Shown one piece after another: positions 1-7,183 of a stretch of 49,929 nucleotides of DNA; positions within the stretch are counted from its first letter, which is position 1, and every line of letters begins with the position of its first letter. The stretch is from a virus (Duplodnaviria > Caudoviricetes). The stretch covers positions 1 to 49,929 of IMG/VR virus record IMGVR_UViG_3300037424_000509; one strand, 5' to 3'. A model generated the notes under the pieces. It ran no database searches. It was not told the DNA's origin and saw nothing but the letters and a program-made list of their open reading frames with translations. The position numbers were made by a program, and so were the translations under genes.

Positions 1-180
1 TTACCACTGAGCCCGCTGGCGTTACCACTGAGCCCGCTGGCGTTACCACTGATCCTGCTGACGTCACCACTGATCCAGCTGACGTTACCACTGAGCCCGC
101 TGGCGTTACCACTGAGCCCGCTGGCGTCACCACTGAGCCTGCTGACGTTACCACTGAGCCTGCTGACGTCACCACTGAGC
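1..180. repeat. 21-nt tandem repeat array, copy 1 (truncated by window edge)
   Basis: Units such as ttaccactgagcccgctggcg / tcaccactgagcctgctgacg, no spacers. Confidence 0.95.
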
Positions 181-230
181 CCATCGTGCATGCCGATTAT
201 TCCGTTGTTAAGCACCAAACATTTTTTCAT
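1..230 (-). CDS. Heptad-repeat (GDVSGLS/GNASGLS) protein, 5' part only; paralog of 2545..3168
   Basis: ATG at 230 with AGGAGG RBS; N-terminus MKKCLVLNNGIIGMHDGLSGDVSRL identical to the 2545..3168 ORF; runs off the window edge. Confidence 0.8.
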   Translation of the reverse strand, partial: MKKCLVLNNGIIGMHDGLSGDVSRLSGNVSRLSGDASGLSGNASGLSGNVSWISGDVSRISGNASGLSGNASGLSG

Positions 231-274
231 CGTTTCCTCCTATTTAGTTTTGACTTGATCCTCCTATAATCCCA

Positions 275-673
275 TTATAAACTTGCCGTTGCCAAATCGT
301 CAATTTCGGCTATAACCCTTTGACGTTCATAATTCATCCAACATATATATTGCCACTGTATCTGCCACATCCCGTATTTTGCAACCTCATTGCTGGCTGA
401 ATACCAAGGATAGTCCCGGCGGATTTGATTTATAACGCGCCCGACAAATCCCTTATTTGCGGCAATAATATATTTTCCGTTTGATTTTGTATCGGGAACA
501 ATATTTAACAATTGAGAGATATAGTTAATAGTTAATCCGAGCTTGTCCGTTGCTTGTTCCATGTGAATTTCCGAATCGGTTACCATTGGTTCCAATTGAC
601 AAGATTTTCGTGAATAATATGCGGTTACGCAGAAACAAATCGCAATAATAGTTAGCATGATTTTATTATACAT
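275..673 (-). CDS. Hypothetical protein with N-terminal membrane anchor
   Basis: ORF track gives 275..694; an AGGAGG RBS favours ATG 673 (MYNKIMLTIIAICFCVTAYY, hydrophobic helix). Confidence 0.6.
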   Translation of the reverse strand: MYNKIMLTIIAICFCVTAYYSRKSCQLEPMVTDSEIHMEQATDKLGLTINYISQLLNIVPDTKSNGKYIIAANKGFVGRVINQIRRDYPWYSASNEVAKYGMWQIQWQYICWMNYERQRVIAEIDDLATASL

Positions 674-675
674 TT

Positions 676-834
676 CTATGGCCTCCTGGTACATTTCTTA
701 AATCGTATTAAGCGGGGAAAGTATCCACCGTGAAAAATCTGTTTTTTATATTTCCCGCATATGTGATAATCAAATAACGTGCAAATATATTCACAGCCGG
801 TGGGACAGAATAATATTTTAAGTTTAGGTTTCAT
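676..834 (-). CDS. Small Cys-rich hypothetical protein (52 aa, below ORF-track cutoff)
   Basis: MKPKLKILFCPTGCEYICTLFDYHICGKY...; ATGA overlap with the upstream ORF. Confidence 0.5.
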   Translation of the reverse strand: MKPKLKILFCPTGCEYICTLFDYHICGKYKKQIFHGGYFPRLIRFKKCTRRP

Positions 835-998
835 GCTTTATCGATCTCTCCCATTTTCTTGTCTTGCTTTTCCTGTTGACGCGTGCCGAATACAATTATT
901 TCCATAAGCTTAAACGTCCTGTCTGATATGGGCTTGCAATTATTTGCCAATCTGTCATGGTTAAATCTTTCTATGGATTTTGCTGTTTGTTTATTCAT
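831..998 (-). CDS. Small hypothetical protein (55 aa)
   Basis: MNKQTAKSIERFNHDRLANN...; fills the gap between 1000..1830 and 676..834 with tight coupling. Confidence 0.5.
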   Translation of the reverse strand: MNKQTAKSIERFNHDRLANNCKPISDRTFKLMEIIVFGTRQQEKQDKKMGEIDKA

Positions 999-999
999 G

Positions 1000-1830
1000 T
1001 TATTTCTCCTCGTTTTTCATAATTATTTTAACTGCTTGATCGGAAAGTTTACAAAAATCAATTTTATTACCAGCATTAGCAGCATTAGCAGCATTAGCAG
1101 CATTAGCAGCATTAGCAGCAGCAACAGCAGCATGAGCAGCAACAGCAGCAGAATAATGAGCAGCATCATTAGCAGAACGAGCAGCATAAGCAGCAGCAAC
1201 AGCAGCAGTAGCAGTAGCATAAGCAGAACGAGCAGCATGAGCAGCAGCAGTAAGGAGTATTTTATCTTTTATTTGTTTATTATTAAAAGGAGAACGATCA
1301 TCAGAATCAGAACGAGCAGCAGCAGTAAAAGTAGAACGAGCAGCATAAGCATAAGCAGTATAAGCATCAGAAGCAGCAGCAGCAGCATCATACGCATTAT
1401 TTTTTAAATATTTTTTAGCTGCCTCAATAGCTTTTCTTGGTCTTTTATTACGGGGATATTTATATTCAAAAAAATTTAAAACCGATTCAGCACATAGAAT
1501 GGCGAACATTACTCTAACATGGTTTTGTTTTTCTTTATACCATTTAGGATATAATTTTTTCTTAATTGGTTTAAGCGAAAACACACCAATCTTTCCCAAG
1601 TCCTCTACTATCGGCATACCTTCACATTCAAATATAAGTGGTTCTTTAATATTTGCATGAATATAATTCAAAAGCAATGCAAGATTAATATTCTTATAAG
1701 CGTGGATAACATCGGAGCTGCATAATTGAGGATATTTACATTCTTTTACTTTATTTACTTTTCCTATTTTCCATTTCATCGAACCTTGATAAGTTGTGCA
1801 ATCCCGTTCTGTTAATTTATAGAGCTTCAT
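1000..1830 (-). CDS. Phage protein with Imm5-like helical segment and Ala-rich low-complexity tract
   Basis: FAILCAESVL..FE.KYP.NKRPRKAIEAAKKYL motif followed by poly-Ala/AAY/AAN repeats, a common phage architecture. Confidence 0.7.
   Translation of the reverse strand: MKLYKLTERDCTTYQGSMKWKIGKVNKVKECKYPQLCSSDVIHAYKNINLALLLNYIHANIKEPLIFECEGMPIVEDLGKIGVFSLKPIKKKLYPKWYKEKQNHVRVMFAILCAESVLNFFEYKYPRNKRPRKAIEAAKKYLKNNAYDAAAAASDAYTAYAYAARSTFTAAARSDSDDRSPFNNKQIKDKILLTAAAHAARSAYATATAAVAAAYAARSANDAAHYSAAVAAHAAVAAANAANAANAANAANAGNKIDFCKLSDQAVKIIMKNEEK
1072..1116. repeat. 9-nt tandem repeat (agcattagc)x5 within a GCA-rich tract extending to ~1390
   Basis: Read directly; encodes ANAANAANA. Confidence 0.9.
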
Positions 1831-2180
1831 TTTATAACCCCCGTTAATATTAAATTTTGTCGTATTTTATCTAGCTTTATTTTTACCTTGCCGGGATTAT
1901 TCCCGATATTAAATTTTGAATTATGATAAGCGCATGAAGTCCAAACATTAAACGGATGATTGATAACATGTTTCTTGATCCATTTGAATGTACGTTGCTC
2001 TTGATATTCATTGTTCCAGCGATTAAGTGTTGATGTGATATATGCGTCACCTTTTTGTATACCGTGTGCGATCTGTACATCAGTATTGAGACAACCGGGG
2101 TAACAACAGTGCCAACCATCACGTTCGTGGATTGTGCGGCAATTTTCTTCAATTTCAAAATGTTCGCGTTCGCTCGTCAT
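1827..2180 (-). CDS. HNH-like nuclease
   Basis: ERDGWHCCYPGC...QIAH...NHPFNVWTSCAYHN: RD-C-x-C, His and N..C..HN pattern of HNH proteins. Confidence 0.55.
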   Translation of the reverse strand: MTSEREHFEIEENCRTIHERDGWHCCYPGCLNTDVQIAHGIQKGDAYITSTLNRWNNEYQEQRTFKWIKKHVINHPFNVWTSCAYHNSKFNIGNNPGKVKIKLDKIRQNLILTGVIK

Positions 2181-2548
2181 CCCCTTTTCTCTCTGACTTT
2201 ATTTATAATATGGCCCATAAAAAAATTATAGTATTCTTCAAACTCGTCGTACTTCATATTGTTGACATTCCAATTGTGAAATAATTCGGCCCGCAACTTT
2301 TGTGACATTGTTTTCTTTCTGCCGATATCAGGCATAGGCAAATCAAGTATTTCATTCGTTTCAATTTGCCGTGACGCAAAACAAAAATAACCGGGCTTGT
2401 CTATGAGGGAAAAAAAACGGTGCATAGAATCACCGGATAATGATTCCATAGTATCCACACGAATTTTTAACGACATGTTTGCCGTGGCTTCAATTTTCGT
2501 TATAAATGCCGGTACTTGAAATAATTCGCCACATTCGTTACATTTCAT
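2177..2548 (-). CDS. Hypothetical phage protein
   Basis: 123 aa ORF with GGGGGATGAG-ATG RBS and ATGA coupling. Confidence 0.65.
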   Translation of the reverse strand: MKCNECGELFQVPAFITKIEATANMSLKIRVDTMESLSGDSMHRFFSLIDKPGYFCFASRQIETNEILDLPMPDIGRKKTMSQKLRAELFHNWNVNNMKYDEFEEYYNFFMGHIINKVREKRG

Positions 2549-3168
2549 CTCATCCCCCTTGGTTCATCCTGTTTTTTTTTTATCAATTTTTTAATATCGA
2601 TCCCGTTTTGCCGTTCCTCGTCTGTTATTTCGGCGTCGTCTACGTCACCCCTGAGCCCGCTGACGCCACCCCTGAGCCCGCTGGCGTCACCACTGAGCCC
2701 GCTGACGTCACCCCTGAGCCTGCTGACGTCACCCCTGAGCCCGCTGACGTCACCCCTGATCCAGCTGACGTCACCACTGAGCCCGCCGACGTCACCACTG
2801 AGCCCGCCGACGTCACCAATGAGCCCGCTGACGTCACCACTGAGCCTGCTGACGTTACCACTGAGCCTGCTGACGTCACCCCTGAGCCTGCTGACGTCAC
2901 CCCTGAGCCCGCTGGCGTTACCACTGAGCCCGCTGGCGTCACCACTGAGCCCGCTGACGTTACCACTGAGCCCGCTGGCGTTACCACTGAGCCCGCTGGC
3001 GTTACCACTGATCCTGCTGACGTCACCACTGATCCAGCTGACGTTACCACTGAGCCCGCTGGCGTTACCACTGAGCCCGCTGGCGTTACCCCTGAGCCTG
3101 CTGACGTCACCACTGAGCCCATCGTGCATGCCGATTATTCCGTTGTTAAGCACCAAACATTTTTTCAT
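2545..3168 (-). CDS. Heptad-repeat (G-D/N-V/A-S-G/R-L-S/R) protein, possible beta-solenoid
   Basis: About 23 seven-residue repeats between unique N- and C-termini; AGGAGG RBS; fits minus-strand gene flow. Confidence 0.75.
   Translation of the reverse strand: MKKCLVLNNGIIGMHDGLSGDVSRLRGNASGLSGNASGLSGNVSWISGDVSRISGNASGLSGNASGLSGNVSGLSGDASGLSGNASGLRGDVSRLRGDVSRLSGNVSRLSGDVSGLIGDVGGLSGDVGGLSGDVSWIRGDVSGLRGDVSRLRGDVSGLSGDASGLRGGVSGLRGDVDDAEITDEERQNGIDIKKLIKKKQDEPRGMR
2642..3120. repeat. 21-nt tandem repeat array, copy 2 (about 23 units)
   Basis: acgtcacc(a/c)ctgagcc(c/t)gctg units read directly. Confidence 0.95.
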
Positions 3169-3403
3169 CGTTTCCTCCTTGTTTCTTGACTTCGGCTTGC
3201 CAATTCCTATATTCTGGCATTTCTAATATGATCGGCTCCTCACCATGCAGGACTGCATCCATAAATGCACCGCAAAGATTCTCGGCCGCTTCTATGCGCC
3301 GGTCTTTGGCGATGAGTTTGGATTTGAGCCATTTAATCTCTTTTTCTGTATCGGTCACATAAGCTGCTATTTCGCCAGCATCAATGCTTCCTAATTTTTT
3401 CAT
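3146..3403 (-). CDS. Small protein of the local 'AEVKKQGG' paralog family
   Basis: RRIEAAEN...EYRNWQAEVKKQGG shared with 3405..3581 and 5463..5720. Confidence 0.65.
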   Translation of the reverse strand: MKKLGSIDAGEIAAYVTDTEKEIKWLKSKLIAKDRRIEAAENLCGAFMDAVLHGEEPIILEMPEYRNWQAEVKKQGGNDEKMFGA

Positions 3404-3404
3404 C

Positions 3405-3581
3405 TCATCCCCCTTGTTTTTTTACTTCGGCTTGCCAATTCCTATATTCATCCGTATAAAAATAATCTTCCTCGTGCCATTCCTCCAAAATACTTTTAAG
3501 CAGTTTCTCTGCCGCCGAAGTTCGTCGCAGGGAGGCGGCGAGCTTTAATTCCCGTTCGGCATCACGTTCTTCTGGTGTCAT
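3405..3581 (-). CDS. Small protein of the 'AEVKKQGG' family (58 aa, not in ORF track)
   Basis: MTPEERDAERELKLAASLRRTSAAEKLLKSILEEWHEEDYFYTDEYRNWQAEVKKQGG*; AGGAGG RBS and ATGA overlap. Confidence 0.65.
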   Translation of the reverse strand: MTPEERDAERELKLAASLRRTSAAEKLLKSILEEWHEEDYFYTDEYRNWQAEVKKQGG

Positions 3582-3808
3582 CTCGTCCTCCTTTTTGCTC
3601 TATTCTTAGCGGCGCGACTTTTGCGTGCTTTCGGCCTTTCTTCGATTTTTGCTAATATTTTTTCCATGACGTCCTTCTTGTGACTATCTGGTTCTGTTCT
3701 CCCATCCCATTTATAGTCCAGACAATTAACATTACACGTCTCAAGCTTCGGCTCACAACGTCGTTCAGATTTCATTATATTGATACAACTTCTTTCTCCC
3801 CAACTCAT
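3578..3808 (-). CDS. Small Cys-containing protein with basic C-terminal tail
   Basis: 76 aa; tail EPDSHKKDVMEKILAKIEERPKARKSRAAKNRAKR identical to that of 4732..5262. Confidence 0.65.
   Translation of the reverse strand: MSWGERSCINIMKSERRCEPKLETCNVNCLDYKWDGRTEPDSHKKDVMEKILAKIEERPKARKSRAAKNRAKRRTR
3591..3694. repeat. 104-bp direct repeat, copy 1 (copy 2 at 4742..4845)
   Basis: ctttttgctctattcttagcggcgcgac...gtgactatctggttc matches at both sites. Confidence 0.95.
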
Positions 3809-3973
3809 ATCATCCCCCTATCCTTTATCCGGTATATCATTTCGAGATTTATAATAATATTTATAAATTGAATTTATTTTATTAATATCAACATATTTAT
3901 AACAAATAATTGCCTCAGTTATATCACCGCAATGGAATAGACATGATTCGCACAATCCAGTATCCATTCTATA

Positions 3974-3997
3974 CTATCCTTTATCCGTTCCCGGTGG
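3974..3997. repeat. 24-bp direct repeat flanking the Dam-like gene (copy 2 at 4388..4411; partial copy at 3818..3831)
   Basis: ctatcctttatccgttcccggtgg at both sites. Confidence 0.9.
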
Positions 3998-4382
3998 CAT
4001 CTAAAATAAAACAACAGATCGGAGACGGCCCCTTTTGCGGCTCCCGCGTGTCTGCCTCTAAAAATCTCACCCTGCCCATAGACCTCAATTCCGCCCCTGC
4101 TTCAAGTAGCAGATTTACATACGATTGAACCGGCAACAATAATACTGATGTCTTTCCATTTTTCATTTCCTCAATCGCTTTCCGTGCGAAAGCCGTAGGT
4201 CCTCCAAATGGTGAATCTTTTTTCCTGAATGGCGGATTTATATAATTTGAACTTCCCCACGGAACAACAAGTCCATTATAATTTTCTGGACGTGGACATG
4301 GACAGGGGTCAAAGTCAAAATTAAATTCATCGTTTAATTTTTTATAAATTTCAGGAGGTGTTAACCAATATCGTTTATTCAT
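3981..4382 (-). CDS. Phage DNA N6-adenine methyltransferase (phage Dam family)
   Basis: WLTPPEIY...FDFDPCP...GL..PWG..YINPPF; motif IV NPPF. Confidence 0.85.
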   Translation of the reverse strand: MNKRYWLTPPEIYKKLNDEFNFDFDPCPCPRPENYNGLVVPWGSSNYINPPFRKKDSPFGGPTAFARKAIEEMKNGKTSVLLLPVQSYVNLLLEAGAELRSMGRVRFLEADTREPQKGPSPICCFILDATGNG

Positions 4383-4511
4383 TATTTCTATCCTTTATCC
4401 GTTCCCGGTGGGGCGGGGAGTAATTCGTTTATTTTTTTTCTAATATTATCAGATGATATATAACTTCTTCCGGCATAAGTTACTTCCATGACGTTAATCC
4501 ATTGTAACAAC

Positions 4512-4718
4512 TCATTGGGTATAATTTATTTCTACGGGAATATTTATTAGACTTGCAATTTTAATGGTTCCACTATAAATATCAAAAACATAATGATGAT
4601 GACCAACATCATCGCTGAAAGAATTATCTAATATTTTATCAACAATATGGCCACCAATCACCTGCCCGAGTTCATACAGACATTCACCGTTTTCGTATAA
4701 TATTCTTTGTATATTCAT
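4512..4718 (-). CDS. Hypothetical protein
   Basis: 68 aa ORF starting at a CAAGGGGGATGAGATG boundary motif. Confidence 0.6.
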   Translation of the reverse strand: MNIQRILYENGECLYELGQVIGGHIVDKILDNSFSDDVGHHHYVFDIYSGTIKIASLINIPVEINYTQ

Positions 4719-4731
4719 CTCATCCCCCTTG

Positions 4732-5262
4732 TTATTTAATTCTTTTTGCTCTATTCTTAGCGGCGCGACTTTTGCGTGCTTTCGGCCTTTCTTCGATTTT
4801 TGCTAATATTTTTTCCATGACGTCCTTCTTGTGACTATCTGGTTCGGGGGCGGGGAGTTTATTCAGTTCTTCCATAGATATTTCAAATTCACATTTGGGA
4901 CAACAAAAAACATAATAGGGTAATGGAAACCCATCAATAAATTCCTCTGTCTCAATGAGTTTTGTTTTGCATTTGGGACATTGAATAGTATGTTCTAATT
5001 GTAAAATAAATTTTAAAATAAAATCAAATGCAGAATTATATATTTCCGCATCATGCCTGAATTGTTCACTGGACTTTTCACTTGTTTTGATTTTATGTTT
5101 TTCTATTAACTCCCGCACGTCCCGCAAGCCGGGGGAAGATTGCTTTTGTATTAAATCAGCGGTTTTATAAATATCCACAAGACCATTTTTTAAATCTGAC
5201 AATATACTTAATAATCTATTCTCATTCATCACGTCCACCTTGTTATTATGTGGATTTAGCAA
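4732..5262 (-). CDS. Mosaic hypothetical protein with Zn-ribbon (CPKC...CCPKC) and duplicated basic tail
   Basis: Two CxxC pairs; C-terminal tail shared with 3578..3808; true start may be near 5229. Confidence 0.65.
   Translation of the reverse strand: MLNPHNNKVDVMNENRLLSILSDLKNGLVDIYKTADLIQKQSSPGLRDVRELIEKHKIKTSEKSSEQFRHDAEIYNSAFDFILKFILQLEHTIQCPKCKTKLIETEEFIDGFPLPYYVFCCPKCEFEISMEELNKLPAPEPDSHKKDVMEKILAKIEERPKARKSRAAKNRAKRIK
4742..4845. repeat. 104-bp direct repeat, copy 2
   Basis: Matches 3591..3694. Confidence 0.95.
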
Positions 5263-5461
5263 GAATCATCCTTGCCATTTTTTCTGCATTTCTCTTTGAT
5301 AATACGCCGCCCATAAACCCATCCCCATAATCGATAAAAAATGAATAACCATCAGTCACCGTGCCACATTGCCAGCCGTGTTCTGTTGATATTCTTATTT
5401 TCCCAAGTCCTTCAACATTAAATTCGAGATATTCTCCCATTTTTGAATTTTTCTTTTTCAT
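5246..5461 (-). CDS. Hypothetical protein
   Basis: 71 aa ORF starting at the boundary motif. Confidence 0.6.
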   Translation of the reverse strand: MKKKNSKMGEYLEFNVEGLGKIRISTEHGWQCGTVTDGYSFFIDYGDGFMGGVLSKRNAEKMARMILAKST

Positions 5462-5462
5462 C

Positions 5463-5720
5463 TCATCCCCCTTGTTTCTTTACTTCGGATCGCCACTCGT
5501 TATATAATTTCATCAATTCTTCAACATCACAATAACCATCAATCTTGCCTCCCTCAAATAAAATAACCTTCTCCGCCGCCTCCCTGCGCCGGACTTCGGC
5601 GGTGAGATAATGCAACGCTGATTTTGCTATTGCAATTGTATTCGAATGAAACCCGCCATGCTCTTGCGCCGGTGAATCCGAGATATACTGTAATCCTTCA
5701 ATTGTTTCTTGTAATGTCAT
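5463..5720 (-). CDS. Small protein of the 'AEVKKQGG' family
   Basis: AEVRRREAAEK...YNEWRSEVKKQGG*. Confidence 0.65.
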   Translation of the reverse strand: MTLQETIEGLQYISDSPAQEHGGFHSNTIAIAKSALHYLTAEVRRREAAEKVILFEGGKIDGYCDVEELMKLYNEWRSEVKKQGG

Positions 5721-5801
5721 CTCATCCCCCTATATAACATAAATATGATTTTCGAATCATCTGAAGGCATGAAAAATCCAGGTCTGCGCCTCTGTTTTTT
5801 T

Positions 5802-6329
5802 CTAAACAATCCTTGATCGATTCACATTAAACGCTGCATTAAATTCTTTAGAGCGCACGTGACTTATGAATAATTCATACGTTCCGTCTTTCATTTCTTG
5901 ACCGATTCTGAACCAAGCTTTTTCACACAGCGCGCGGCCATATTTTTTTAATAAATCTTTTGATGACAAAAATCTATTATTTTTAATAACTTGCTCAATT
6001 GTTGCGTTTTCATTTCCCTCGGACGGAGTTACCGGAAACACATCCATTTCAATTTCGAGTTTTTGCATAGGAATTGAAATTGATTTAAGACCATTATAAA
6101 TAGCGGATAATTCAACATGATTGGGAAAATATTTACACTGCTCAATCATTTTTTTCCAGAATTCTTGGAACTGCGCGGTTGTGTTTAGATTTTTATTTAT
6201 AAATTCTTTCATGTCATTTACTTTGGGATGAATATTTCCATTATCCATTTCACCTTTAAAATCGTAATACGCTATCACTCTGACAACAAATAAATCAACG
6301 GATTGCTGTTTAGTCATTTTTTGTTTCAT
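5802..6329 (-). CDS. Hypothetical protein, possible helicase-loader partner of the initiator
   Basis: Overlaps the end of the initiator gene; CKYFPNHVEL resembles the FP..AE/EL motif of phage loaders; function inferred from position. Confidence 0.4.
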   Translation of the reverse strand: MKQKMTKQQSVDLFVVRVIAYYDFKGEMDNGNIHPKVNDMKEFINKNLNTTAQFQEFWKKMIEQCKYFPNHVELSAIYNGLKSISIPMQKLEIEMDVFPVTPSEGNENATIEQVIKNNRFLSSKDLLKKYGRALCEKAWFRIGQEMKDGTYELFISHVRSKEFNAAFNVNRSRIV

Positions 6330-7020
6330 TATTCTGTGCCTGTAATTTTTTGTATATGCTTGACAATTTATTCCCTGATTTATTTATCTTATTCTGCCAA
6401 GTCCTAATCGCGGCTTGCCAATCAGTCATTTTATTTTTTCCTATCATCCAATTTTTCGAGGTATAAAAGTCTATGAATTCGCGGGCATCAATTCTATTTT
6501 CGTTTATGTCTTTTAAATAATTAGAAACCATATTAAGGTTAGGGGGAATTATATTCCTGTCTTTCTTTTTCTTTTCTAGTTCTAGTTCTTTTTCTAATTC
6601 TAATTCTAATTCTGGCTTGACATTTCCTGACATATCATGACATATCATGACGGAACTCAACAATTTCTTGTAATTGTTTATTTGTTCCCGCATTTGTGGT
6701 GATCCGGTTTGAGACTGATCCAGAAACTTATATATCTTAAAACACAATATTTTCCTCGATATTTCACTGACTTCAAACAAATTCTGCTTAACCATATACT
6801 GTGTCATTTCCTCAATTCTCACGGTATCATTATTATAAAGTGTTGCTATGTCTTCAGATGTTTCTTGCAATTCTGGTAGTGGTGAATCTTTGCAAATATT
6901 TCCGGAAATAGATTCTATGATGAGATTATAGAGTCCGTATCCCTCGAGTCCATATTTTCTTATCAACCGTTGTATTTTTAAATCGTGTCTCATATTAGTA
7001 TGGTGTTTGAAGAATTGCAT
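6310..7020 (-). CDS. Phage replication initiator (DUF4373/Lin1244-like N-terminus)
   Basis: FKHHTNMRHDLKIQRLIRKYGLEGYGLYNLIIE N-terminus; ELELE linker; PPNL..V..Y...FIDFYTSKNWMIGKNKMTDWQAAIRTW C-terminus typical of phage replisome organisers. Confidence 0.8.
   Translation of the reverse strand: MQFFKHHTNMRHDLKIQRLIRKYGLEGYGLYNLIIESISGNICKDSPLPELQETSEDIATLYNNDTVRIEEMTQYMVKQNLFEVSEISRKILCFKIYKFLDQSQTGSPQMREQINNYKKLLSSVMICHDMSGNVKPELELELEKELELEKKKKDRNIIPPNLNMVSNYLKDINENRIDAREFIDFYTSKNWMIGKNKMTDWQAAIRTWQNKINKSGNKLSSIYKKLQAQNNETKND
6618..6651. repeat. 10-bp phased iteron-like repeats inside the initiator gene (candidate origin)
   Basis: tgacatttcc-tgacatatca-tgacatatca-tgac next to an AT-rich (tctaat/tctagt)n tract. 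Confidence 0.5.
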
Positions 7021-7026
7021 TATTTA

Positions 7027-7153
7027 TCCATAAAAAAAGCCGATTCACTTTGACCCGGTTGCCCGGCGGGTATGTCATCGTGAACGGCCTTGAAATTCTT
7101 TTTAAGAATCTCGCCTATATACCCGCAAGGGCCAGATTCCTTTGAATTGATTT
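7027..7153 (-). promoter_or_regulatory. Structured leader/attenuator upstream of the replication initiator
   Basis: GCCGTTCAC..GTGAATCGGC stem followed by T7, ending just before the RBS; competing GCGGGTAT/ATACCCGC helix. Confidence 0.55.
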
Positions 7154-7183
7154 CCATAATAACACATTCTATTATGATGTCAA

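Noticed and set aside
883-1407. Plus-strand Ser-rich ORF and the Leu-rich ORF 1023..1238
   Set aside because: Shadow frames of the GCA-rich tract in 1000..1830; no RBS, and they conflict with the real gene
2572-2581. A10 homopolymer near the end of the repeat gene as a phase-variation switch
   Set aside because: Slippage would change only the last few residues; homopolymers are common in this AT-rich arm
2642-3120. 21-nt repeat arrays as a CRISPR array
   Set aside because: Units are head-to-tail with no unique spacers, lie in a coding frame, and no cas genes are present
2506-3226. VTTEPAD, SVVTSAG and PLSPLAL repeat ORFs
   Set aside because: Alternative readings of the stop-free 21-nt repeat; only the GDVSGLS frame has an RBS, unique termini and a duplicated start
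1-4845. Duplicated segments as diversity-generating retroelement TR/VR pairs
   Set aside because: No reverse transcriptase in the window; copies are identical or differ by unit number, not by adenine-specific substitutions
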